64,000 nt of DNA, from NCBI GenBank assembly GCA_002269645.1, contig NIVC01001973.1, forward strand, positions 101,848 through 165,847, written 5' to 3'. The stretch comes from Macrostomum lignano. Taxonomy: Eukaryota. The position numbers and the translations under genes were made by a program. Below, piece after piece: positions 49,901 to 57,842 of this stretch. The notes below the pieces were generated by a model. That model did not search any database and was not told where the DNA came from. It was given only the letters and a program-made list of their open reading frames with translations. Each line of letters begins with the position of its first letter. Within the stretch, counting starts at the first letter, position 1.

Positions 49901-52900
49901 GACGGAACTAGACGCGAGAATCGAACCGGAAGTGGGTCAGGTGACGGAACTAGACGCGAGAATCGAACCGGAAGTGGGTCAGGTGACGGAACTAGACGCG
50001 AGAATCGAACCGGAAGTGGGTCAGGTGACGGAACTGGACGCGAGAATCAAACCGGAAGTGGGTCAGGTGACGGAACTAGACGCGAGAATCAAACCGGAAG
50101 TGGGTCAGGTGACGGAACTAGACGCGAGAATCGAACCGGAAGTGAGTCAGGTGACGGAACTGGACGTGAGAATCGAACCGGAAGTGGGTCAGGTGACGGA
50201 ACTGGACGTGAGAATCGAACCGGAAGTGGGTCAGGTGACGGAACTGGACGCGAGAATGGAACCGGAACCGGAAACGGAAGCCAAGCGTGGAAGTTCCGCG
50301 TCGACCTGCACAGCATTGGCATTCTGTTACGTTTGGATTCGAACCTACTAACAACAATGACAACGACGCCTGACGGCGCAGCTTGCCAGCGCTGCAGAGG
50401 CTCCGGCAGAGGCTGTAGAAACGTTGCCAACCTCAGCATCGACAACGTCGGTCCCGTATGGTTGAAAACCAAATTAACTGGCGTCAAGCGTCGTTTCGTG
50501 CGATTGAAACCCGACGCAGCGGCTGCTGTCGAACGGCTTTACCGACGCTGGCTGTCTACGCCGGTCTCGTCGGTATTGTCAAATCAATCGTCAGTGGAGC
50601 TGGTCGATTCCGACCAATGGAGAGTCTGTTTTGAACAATTGGTCAATGACAACGCTATTACTTCTAGCAGTAGTATTAGCAGTAGTATGGAGGTCGGCAT
50701 GACGATGTTACAGCCGAAATCGCGACGTCTCTACCGACGCTGCCTTCCTGGATTTGTCGGGCAAGTCGAATTTTCGCAACAGCCTGACAAAGGAGAAGTT
50801 AATCGTCCAGTTCGATTCCAGATCAAGCTGGGCCGCTTGCAGGTGGACCAGTCGTGTCCTCAGGCGCCCGACCAGTTCAGGGTGCCGCTGTCCTTGAAGG
50901 CAAGGCCTAAAGCTGACGTCCTTGGTGAAGGTCGTCTTTTAGGAGCGGATTTGAAAGTCTGCATGGCTGCTGCCGGTTCTGCTGAAGTCGAGGATGATGG
51001 AGCGTGAGTCTGCTAATCTTCGATAATCTATCGCTAATTCTACATAATCCATCGCTAATCTTATATAATCCATCGCTAATCTTCGATAATTCATCGCTAA
51101 TCTTATATAATCCATCGCTAATCTTACATAATCCATCGCTTATCTTAGATAATCCATCGCTAATCTTAGATAATCCATCGCTAATCTTACATAATCCATC
51201 GCTAATCTTAGATAATCCATCGCTAATCTTCGATAATATGTCGCTAATCTTAGATAATCCATCGCTAATCTTCGATAATATGTCGCTAATCTTAGATAAT
51301 CCATCGCTAATCTTCGATAATATGTCGCTAATCTTAGATAATCCATCGCTGATCTTACATAATCCATCGCTAATCTTAAATAATCCATCGCTGAATTTAC
51401 ATCACCCAGGTCTGCCCAGCCGCCACCGCTGCACATCTCTGAGATGTCGCTCGCACTCGGTCGCCTGGACCTCTGCTACGACCCGGCGTTCTTCGTCCGC
51501 CTGCTGGCCACGCTGACGCCCCAGTCTGACGCGCCATCGAGCGGTGTTCGCATCGACCGGTTCCAACTGTTGCGCAATCTGCGTTTGTACGCCGAAAATC
51601 TGCCGTTGCGAACGTCAGAATCTGCGGCCCAAGGCAACGGCTGGCGTCTTCGAGCCACGGTTCCCGCCGGCAACGCTCTCGGAGTCGCCTGGCCGGACAA
51701 CGACGGTGGCGACGCCCAGCAGTGGGCCAGGAGGGAGTTCAAGCGGCTGATTAAGCGTCGGCCAGGGATGGCCGTCACCCTGCCGCTGGGCTGCCTGCTC
51801 GGCACCTGTCGTGAGTTATTTTTCTATATTCTAATTTTTAGTTGATTTGTTGACGATATTACGCAGCAAATTTTATGGAAGAATCCAGGGCTTCCTCTAA
51901 CGATTTTCTAAAAATTTCTTAGCGATTCCCCCGGAAGTCTCTTGGAATTTCCCAAAAAGTCCTCAGGGATTTCCCAGAATTCCTCAGGGATTCCCCAGAA
52001 TTCCTCAGGGATTCCCCCCAGAATTCCTCAGGGATTCCCCCAGAATTCCTCAGGGATTCCCCAGAATTCCTCAGGGATTCCCCCAGAATTCCTCAGGGAT
52101 TCCCCCAAAATTCCTCAGGGATTCCCCCAGAATTCCTCAGGGATTCCCCTAGAACTCCTCAGGGATTTCCCAGAATTTTTCAGGGATTGCTCCAGAAATT
52201 TCCAGAAAAAATCCAGAAAAACTCCCTAATCGTCTCCTAAAGATTTTTGCAAAAGATTTTCTCCTTCTCCATGTGGAACGAAAATTTCCATGGTTGAATA
52301 CTAGCGTTAATTTAGTTAAGAGTTCTGTCAAAGAACTTAAGCAAGATTGGTATTTGAAATTATCTAAAAAATTCCTAAAAATCGATTTTTTTGTAGTGCG
52401 TCGCAAAGAGTTTACACCTGTTCAACTGTCATCGTGGATGCAGTCGGCTCTGTCGTCAACAAAATCGACGCCGATTGCCATTGTCGATGTCGACGTGCCC
52501 GACAGTTCAGCGACGTCCGCTGCCGCGTTGCTTCATCAACTTGGTAGATGCTGTCCAAGCGAGCAAATTGTAGCCGTGGATTCGAACTCCGGACTACTGC
52601 TAACAACTGCTCGCCTGATTGAGCTGCACGTAGAGGCGGCTGGAGCTGCTGCAGCTTCAGTTCCGCCTGTGCGTCGTCAGTTCCGCTTGCTAACGCAACA
52701 GTCGGGTGACGGCGGGTGCAGCGACGGTGCTGATGCTGTTGAAAACGTTGAAGCCACCGTTGACGGCGTGCGGCTGCTGCCTGGCGGGGAGACCCTCGCC
52801 ACTGGGCCTGAGTTTGCCAGGGTAAGTGTGGAGGCAAGTGCGGAAGCTTCTCGTAGGGGGTGTGAGAGTTAAGGACCATAGACAGTCAGTGAAGAGGGAT

Positions 52901-53432
52901 AGAGAGGTGGTGGGTGTGAGATATAAGGGCCATGGACAGTCATTGGGGAGGGATAGAAAGGTGGTGGGTGTGAGAGATAAGGGCCATAGACAGTCAGTGG
53001 GGAGGGATAGAGGGGTGGTGGGTGTGAGAGATAAGGGCCATAGACAGTCAATGGAGAGGGATAGAGAGGTGGTGGGTGTGAGAGATAAGGGCCATAGACA
53101 GTCAGTGGGGAGGGATAGAGGGGTGGTGGGTGTGAGAGATAAGGGCCATAGACAGTCAGTGGAGAGGGATAGAAAGGTGGTGGGGCATGAAGAAAAGGGT
53201 CATCGACAACGTGGTGGGGGTAGAAAGTCGCAAAGTTTGCCAGTTAGTAGAAACTAGACGGTTTGAAGCGATATGCAAGTGTGAAAATCGGTTTAGAGTG
53301 ATCTGCAAGAGTGAAAAATATTTTTTTATATTATAACTTTTCGCATATGTGAGCTGAAGTAAATACATGTGTATAATTTTTTTTCAGAAATTCTTGGAAC
53401 TAATGCTACCCGAAAACGACACGGCCTTTTAA
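32074..53432 (+). CDS. VPS13: VPS13-family (Chorein-N, repeating beta-groove) lipid transfer protein; 23-exon model, 7380 nt, 2459 aa
   Basis: All junctions GT-AG with consistent phase; recalled VPS13 motifs in order: IEVHQLHVCYED, HHVLQPLS, FDMTSRQY, EISAPRLILP...YADLGSLLLSS, ELIEEPLL, SEMSLALGRLDLCYDPAFF, C-terminal PH-like segment. Paralog (A/C, B, D) not assignable by eye. Confidence 0.8.
32745..34160. repeat. 23-bp intronic minisatellite (agggagagtggagcttacagata), about 60 copies
   Basis: Tandem repetition in intron 1. Confidence 0.95.
34241..34303 (+). CDS. VPS13: VPS13-like exon 2 (SVELHSLTMHLSPPLSQQSQH)
   Basis: ttccag| ... cat|gtcagt, phase 0/0. Confidence 0.6.
34396..34456 (+). 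CDS. VPS13: VPS13-like exon 3 (DDIKAAMSEVFTGHSLKFHH)
   Basis: tttcag| ... cacg|gtaaat, phase 0/1; the other two frames contain stops. Confidence 0.7.
34500..34975. repeat. 40-bp intronic minisatellite (tgtaatctcactccagtctaggccccaacc...), about 12 copies
   Basis: Tandem repetition in intron 3. Confidence 0.9.
35015..35166 (+). CDS. VPS13: VPS13-like exon 4
   Basis: attgcag|tg phase 1 gives HHVLQPLSISLNV; donor aat|gtaagt. Confidence 0.75.
35252..35424 (+). CDS. VPS13: VPS13-like exon 5
   Basis: atcgcag| ... gg|gtgagc, phase 0/2. Confidence 0.75.
35495..36550. repeat. 34-bp intronic minisatellite (gggatctctaattagggattcatactttgatgat), about 31 copies
   Basis: Tandem repetition in intron 5. 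Confidence 0.95.
36691..36762 (+). CDS. VPS13: VPS13-like exon 6
   Basis: tttttctacattgcag| ... ag|gtgagt, phase 2/2. Confidence 0.8.
36895..37222. repeat. (ATCT)n microsatellite grading into (GTCT)n, intron 6
   Basis: Read directly. Confidence 0.95.
37267..37453 (+). CDS. VPS13: VPS13-like exon 7
   Basis: cctccacag| ... gtt|gtgagt, phase 2/0. Confidence 0.75.
38111..38536 (+). mobile_element. TIR element in intron 7; inverted twin at 48370-48800
   Basis: Ends aactagatgggccactc / gagtgcccatctagtt; no clear TSD; both copies translate to NFYCLSRNSSLKLPCTFQWTGQCT on opposite strands. Confidence 0.7.
38695..39251 (+). CDS. VPS13: VPS13-like exon 8
   Basis: ccgtcgcag| (alternative in-frame acceptor at 38761); donor aa|gtgagt, phase 2. 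Confidence 0.75.
39290..40190. repeat. 21-bp intronic minisatellite (ggtagcttataattgggtatt), about 43 copies
   Basis: Tandem repetition in intron 8. Confidence 0.95.
40279..40615 (+). CDS. VPS13: VPS13-like exon 9
   Basis: ttccgcag|a ... gag|gtgaga, phase 2/0. Confidence 0.8.
40662..41624. repeat. Near-perfect 23-bp intronic minisatellite (cctgctgtaatcctcatgattca), about 42 copies, ending at the splice acceptor
   Basis: Tandem repetition in intron 9; last unit reads gtaatcctcAG. Confidence 0.95.
41625..42002 (+). CDS. VPS13: VPS13-like exon 10
   Basis: atcctcag| ... gcc|gtgagt, phase 0/0. Confidence 0.75.
42040..43212. repeat. 12-bp intronic minisatellite (gggacagacact), about 95 copies
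   Basis: Tandem repetition in intron 10; source of the 516-, 380- and 251-aa spurious ORFs. Confidence 0.95.
43267..43737 (+). CDS. VPS13: VPS13-like exon 11
   Basis: caatcag| (or 43273) ... aag|gtaatt, phase 0/0. Confidence 0.75.
43822..44600. repeat. 37-bp intronic minisatellite (gaatgaccatccaaccctcgcgaccccagatgaccct), degenerate after ~44250
   Basis: Tandem repetition in intron 11. Confidence 0.9.
44661..44753 (+). CDS. VPS13: VPS13-like exon 12
   Basis: atcccag| ... gag|gtcagt, phase 0/0. Confidence 0.7.
44831..45678 (+). CDS. VPS13: VPS13-like exon 13 (AEISAPRLILP...YADLGSLLLSS)
   Basis: cctgccag| ... ag|gtgagg, phase 0/2. Confidence 0.8.
45700..46320. repeat. ~21-bp intronic minisatellite (gagggtatctagattgcatct), about 29 copies
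   Basis: Tandem repetition in intron 13. Confidence 0.9.
46354..46380 (+). CDS. VPS13: VPS13-like exon 14, candidate 27-nt microexon
   Basis: gaagccag| ... ac|gtaagc, phase 2/2, frame-neutral; acceptor lacks a pyrimidine tract. Confidence 0.4.
46442..46656 (+). CDS. VPS13: VPS13-like exon 15
   Basis: ttttttcgcatcttccag| ... g|gtaggt, phase 2/1. Confidence 0.75.
46668..46950. repeat. (CTGT)n microsatellite, intron 15
   Basis: Read directly. Confidence 0.95.
47070..47371 (+). CDS. VPS13: VPS13-like exon 16
   Basis: ttttctccag| ... gag|gtgagc, phase 1/0. Confidence 0.8.
47712..47865 (+). CDS. VPS13: VPS13-like exon 17
   Basis: actcgcag| ... g|gtgaga, phase 0/1 (alternative phase-0 donor after 47801). 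Confidence 0.6.
48110..48159 (+). CDS. VPS13: VPS13-like exon 18
   Basis: caacacaag|tc ... atg|gtaatg, phase 1/0; chosen for phase consistency. Confidence 0.45.
48370..48800 (-). mobile_element. TIR element in intron 18, inverted relative to 38111-38536
   Basis: Reverse-complement similarity over about 430 bp. Confidence 0.7.
48966..49079 (+). CDS. VPS13: VPS13-like exon 19
   Basis: aatttgcag| ... cat|gtgagt, phase 0/0. Confidence 0.75.
49358..51003 (+). CDS. VPS13: VPS13-like exon 20 (1646 nt) containing an in-frame 42-bp repeat
   Basis: actgcag| ... gc|gtgagt, phase 0/2; frame open throughout. Confidence 0.75.
49900..50280 (+). repeat. Exonic 42-bp minisatellite encoding DGTRRENRTGSGSG, about 9 copies
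   Basis: Unit gacggaactagacgcgagaatcgaaccggaagtgggtcaggt within the open frame. Confidence 0.9.
51015..51392. repeat. 21-bp intronic minisatellite (catcgctaatcttagataatc), about 18 copies
   Basis: Tandem repetition in intron 20. Confidence 0.95.
51410..51810 (+). CDS. VPS13: VPS13-like exon 21
   Basis: catcacccag|g ... c|gtgagt, phase 2/1. Confidence 0.8.
51945..52200. repeat. 21-22-bp intronic minisatellite (cagggattcccccagaattcct), about 11 copies
   Basis: Tandem repetition in intron 21. Confidence 0.9.
52397..52821 (+). CDS. VPS13: VPS13-like exon 22 (PH-like region)
   Basis: tttttttgtag|tg ... agg|gtaagt, phase 1/0. Confidence 0.75.
52865..53200. repeat. 54-bp G-rich minisatellite in intron 22, about 6 copies
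   Basis: Unit gtgagagataagggccatagacagtcagtggggagggatagaggggtggtgggt. Confidence 0.9.
53388..53432 (+). CDS. VPS13: VPS13-like terminal exon 23 (KFLELMLPENDTAF*)
   Basis: tttttttcag| phase 0, TAA at 53430-53432; AATAAA near 53591. Confidence 0.6.
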   Translation, partial: KFLELMLPENDTAF

Positions 53433-53839
53433 TGGGTTTAATCTTCGAGGCTAGTTGGACAGACGATTTATGCATTAGAATAAGATTATCGATTCATTAT
53501 TTTGCTACAATTCATTTTTAATCAAATATTTTAAATCTCTACCTTTTAACTTGTTGTAATAATAGAATTTTATGCATGTTTTTATATATGAATAAATCTT
53601 ACTCAACCAAGCAATCTATGATGTTTTTTTGTTTTTTTCCGCTTTTTGCCTGATTAAAAAACTATTTATCTTAGTTTTGTCAGAAGCTGCAATACTTACT
53701 ATTGGATAGTTACTGTATTTATTTCACAAGAATTAATGCTACCGAATGTTCTCTAGCTGTAATTTATTCCAGTCAGGTTACTACAAATGTTTATTGGCAC
53801 TTAGTTTGACATTCAAAAGCAATCCTAAGGGGGGGCGAT

Positions 53840-54420
53840 GACGTGTGAGATAAGGGGCATAAACAGGGGGTGCGATAGATAAGGACCGTAGATAGAGGGG
53901 TGGTGGGTGTGAGAGATAAGAGCCATATACAGTCAGTGGGGAGGGATAGAAGGGTGGTGGGTGTGAGAGATAAGAGCCATATACAGTCAGTGGGGAGGGA
54001 TAGAAGGGTGGTGGGTGTGAGAGATAAGAGCCATATACAGTCAGTGGGGAGGGATAGAAGGGTGGTGGGTGTGAGAGATAAGAGCCATATACAGTCAGTG
54101 GGGAGGGATAGAAGGGTGGTGGGTGTGAGAGATAAGAGCCATATACAGTCAGTGGGGAGGGATAGAAGGGTGGTGGGTGTGAGAAATAAAGGCCATAGGC
54201 AGTCAGTCAGTGGGCAGGGATGAAGGGGTGGTGGGTGTGAGAGTTAAGGGTCATAGACAGCAGTGAGGGTGGGATAGAGGGGTGGTGGGTATGAGAGATA
54301 AGGGTCATAGGCAGTCAGTGGGCAGGGATGGAGGGTTGGTGGGTATGAGAGTTAAGGGTCATAGGCGGTCAGTGGGGAGGGATAGGGGGGTGTTGGGTGT
54401 AAGAAATAAGAGCCATATGC
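53840..54420. repeat. Second array of the same 54-bp G-rich unit, about 10 copies, downstream of the VPS13-like stop
   Basis: Same unit and orientation as 52865-53200. Confidence 0.9.
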
Positions 54421-55002
54421 AATTAGAAATAAGAACAGAAGGTGGTTGGATGGCAAAGATAAGAGCCATGAACTATTAAGATTGGGTCCTGCAATCAATT
54501 ATTATCGCCAATCAATTATTTCACATGAGCAGCGTAATTTTAAGGTCAAAAACAGTACTTAATTGATTATAATAATATTTGTAAATTTGTCGCATACAAT
54601 AAATGTTTAAAAAGTGTAACGAAATTTTACCTTCCTTAATTTTCTATTTACATGTTTGAATAAAATTAATTTACTGCTTATAATTAGTGCCACACACACT
54701 CAGACTTTCTATTGTGCAATATGGAGTTAATCCAGCTTTTAATCGAATATTCCGACTTAGTCTTTGGTTTCTTATTTTTGAACTTTTTTAATTCTTAATT
54801 AATTCTTGCTTTAATTCTCCCACTCCGTACTCATGAGCCGCCAGTATTATTGTATATTATCGCGAAAAATATATAGCAATTCTAATCATTGCGAATTCAT
54901 TGTACTATTTTTTTCTCTTACTTATTTTTGTCACTTCATTACTAATAATTAGTAGTACCTGTTACTTCGACTTTCTAGTTGTTTTTTTTCATAATTATTT
55001 GA

Positions 55003-55440
55003 AGACATCAAGACTCAATAAATGTCGCCAAAGTACATCAAGACTCGGTAAATGTCGCCAAAGTACATCAAGACTCAATAAATGTCGCCAAAGTACATCA
55101 AGACTCGGTAAATGTCGCCAAAGTACATCAAGACTCGGTAAATGTCGCCAAAGTACATCAAGACTCGGTAAATGTCGCCAAAGTACATCAAGACTCGGTA
55201 AATGTCGCCAAAGTACATCAAGACTCAATAAATGTCGCCAAAGTACATCAAGACTCGGTAAATGTCGCCAAAGTACATCAAGACTCGGTAAATGTCGCCA
55301 AAGTACATCAAGACTCGGTAAATGTCGCCAAAGTACATCAAGACTCGGTAAATGTCGCCAAAGTACATCAAGACTCAATAAATGCCGCCAAAGTACATCA
55401 AGACTCAAGACTTAATGGTTATCGCTAAAGTACATCAAGA
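55003..55440. repeat. 30-bp minisatellite (gtacatcaagactcggtaaatgtcgccaaa), about 14 copies
   Basis: Tandem repetition read directly. Confidence 0.95.
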
Positions 55441-55590
55441 CTTGGTGTTTCAGGTATGGCACATAGACAATGAAGTTGTCTTAATTAACACGTAGTTAAT
55501 ATGGCTATAAAATTTCTAGTTAAACGGTAAAGCAAGACCTAAATAAAAGACTACGCAGATTTTAAATCATCCAAAGTATTGTATTTAAAA

Positions 55591-55928
55591 ATGATAAAAA
55601 CATTTCTGAGCAGCCTTGGCTTAGCCCCAACCGAGCTGAGCCTGTTGAGCACAGCATCTCCGCCTCGAATCCTGTCGACTCTGGTGGGAACAGGCCACTT
55701 CGAGCAGGGCATCTGGCGGTTGCCTTCGGGCGAGGCGGTTGCCTACGAGATCATCAACTGGGGCGACACGCACAGCAGCCGCAACCGTCTGCCCGCCTTC
55801 GATTCGTGCACTGACGGCGAGTCGAAGAAACTCTCTGGCATTCTAACGGAAGAGGAAGAACTGGTTGAGGATGAGAATGAGCTGTCAGATCAAGATGCAG
55901 AGGTTCCGTGCGCTTCTGCGAACGATTT
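55591..55928 (+). CDS. F-box protein, exon 1 (unrecognised N-terminal region and acidic tract)
   Basis: ATG 55591; donor tt|gtgagt, phase 2, matches the acceptor at 56207. Confidence 0.65.
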
Positions 55929-56014
55929 GTGAGTTGTCGCTGGTGTGCTTATGCTGGGCTATGCAGTGACACCATGGTTTTAAGCCTATAGGATTCTTAA
56001 TGTCCAATGGCATC

Positions 56015-56205
56015 ATCCTCTCCTCTCCTCTCCTCTCCTCTCCTCTCCTCCCCTGTCCTCTCCTCTCCTCTCCTGTCCTCTCCTCTCCTTTCTCCTCTCC
56101 TCTCCTCTCCTTTCTCCTCTCCTCTCCTCTCCTCTTCTCTTCTCTTCTCTCTCCTCTCCTCTCCTCTCCTCTCCTCTCGCCTCTCCTCTCGCCTCTCCTC
56201 TCTTA
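56015..56205. repeat. (CTCCT)n microsatellite forming the pyrimidine tract of the F-box intron 1 acceptor
   Basis: Repeat runs directly into ctcttAG at 56206. Confidence 0.9.
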
Positions 56206-56206
56206 G

Positions 56207-56654
56207 CTGGTCCGCAGTCCTTAGCTCAGGGCAGAAAAACTTTGCCGACCCCTGCAGTCCTGGGAATTTCAGTTGCCTCAGTGTTTTTCTGTCCCGCAGG
56301 CCGGGGCCGCCACTGCTCGACCGGCTGCCGCCAGACTGTCTGGCCCGAATCGCTGCCAGCCTCAACCTACTCGAACTGGCCCGCGTCTGCAAGGTTTCGC
56401 CAGCTTTTCGTCGCCTCTGCGGCGTCGTGGACGTCAACATCGACTCGCCGACAACCGACCGAGGCGCCAGCGACGCCTGCTGGGTTGAACGAATTCGACG
56501 CCATTTTGGCGCCGATTATCTGCGCAACTGTTGGGCGTTTGTTAATAAAGACACCTGCTGCGGTAGGAACCCGTTCGCGAGGCTCTACCTGCACGCGCTG
56601 CTGGGGCTGTACAGGGCTCAGCCTGAGCAGCTGCTCTTTGACGGACGTGCTCAA
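56207..56654 (+). CDS. F-box protein, exon 2 (F-box motif); gene continues beyond the window
   Basis: LLDRLPPDCLARIAASLNLLELARVCKVSPAFRRLC fits the F-box consensus; donor caa|gtgaga. Confidence 0.8.
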
Positions 56655-56679
56655 GTGAGATTTGAAACCAGTTGAAAAT

Positions 56680-57535
56680 TATCCATTTGACACCGCAGAC
56701 AGGCAACTCATTTTGGCGCCGCAGACAGGCGACTAATTTTGGCGCCACAGACAGGCAACTCATTTTGACGCCGCAGACAGGCAACTCATTTTGGCGCCGC
56801 AGACAGGCGACTAATTTTGGCGCCACAGACAGGCAACTCATTTTGGCGCCACAGACAGGCAACTCATTTTGACGCCGCAGACAGGCAACTCATTTTGGCG
56901 CCGCAGACAGGCGACTAATTTTGGCGCCACAGACAGGCAACTCATTTTGGCGCCACAGACAGGCAACTCATTTTGGCGCCACAGACAGGCAACTCATTTT
57001 GGCGCCACAGACAGGCAACTCATTTTGGCGCCGCAAACAGGCAACTCATTTTGGCGCCACAGACAGGCAACTCATTTTGGCGCCGCAGACAGGCGACTAA
57101 TTTTGGCGCCACAGACAGGCAACTCATTTTGGCGCCACAGACAGACAACTCATTTTGGCGCCGCAAACAGGCAACTCATTTTGGCGCCACAGACAGGCAA
57201 CTCATTTTGGCGCCGCAGACAGGCGACTAATTTTGGCGCCACAGACAGGCAACTCATTTTGGCGCCACAGACAGGCAACTCATTTTGGCGCCACAGACAG
57301 GCAACTCATTTTGGCGCCACAGACAGGCAACTCATTTTGGCGCCACAGACAGGCGACTAATTTTGGCGCCGCAAACAGGCAACTCATTTTGGCGCCGCAG
57401 ACAGGCGACTAATTTTGGCGCCACAGACAGGCAACTCATTTTGGCGCCACAGACAGGCAACTCATTTTGGCGCCACAGACAGGCAACTCATTTTGGCGCC
57501 CTAAAGCAACAATATTGATTTCCACAACGGGGCGT
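56680..57535 (+). mobile_element. MITE-family copy with 26-bp minisatellite x~31 in F-box intron 2
   Basis: Unit identical to 4421-4818; flank cgccctaaagcaacaatattgatttccacaacgg matches 27388-27423. Confidence 0.7.
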
Positions 57536-57842
57536 TTGGATGACGCAGAATGTAGAAATGACACAATCGAATATATCCTCTAAATAACTAAAAATGACGC
57601 GCAAAAAATTACCGTTTCTAAAAAGGATATATTCTAAATATACGCCATAAAAAAATGACGAAACTTAAACCAATAAAACAACACAAGATTTTCCCTATCC
57701 CAACAAAAATAAAGCTAAAATCAGATACACTACTTTAAGGAGAAAAACAAAGACACATATTAGACTTCAAGAGACAAAACTACAATCCTTCGAAAAACTA
57801 TTTGAAGTTATAGTTATTCAAATAACTATGTAAATAACAATA

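Noticed and set aside
3095-52200. General enrichment of 6-bp palindromes in repeat units (agatct, tcatga, tctaga, gaattc, ggcgcc)
   Set aside because: About one in three random 22-mers read circularly has a 6-bp palindrome, so the count is near chance; only the longer cases were kept.
55579-55932. This ORF as the last exon of the VPS13-like gene
   Set aside because: A nearer phase-0 terminal exon exists at 53388, and this ORF splices in phase to the F-box exon at 56207.
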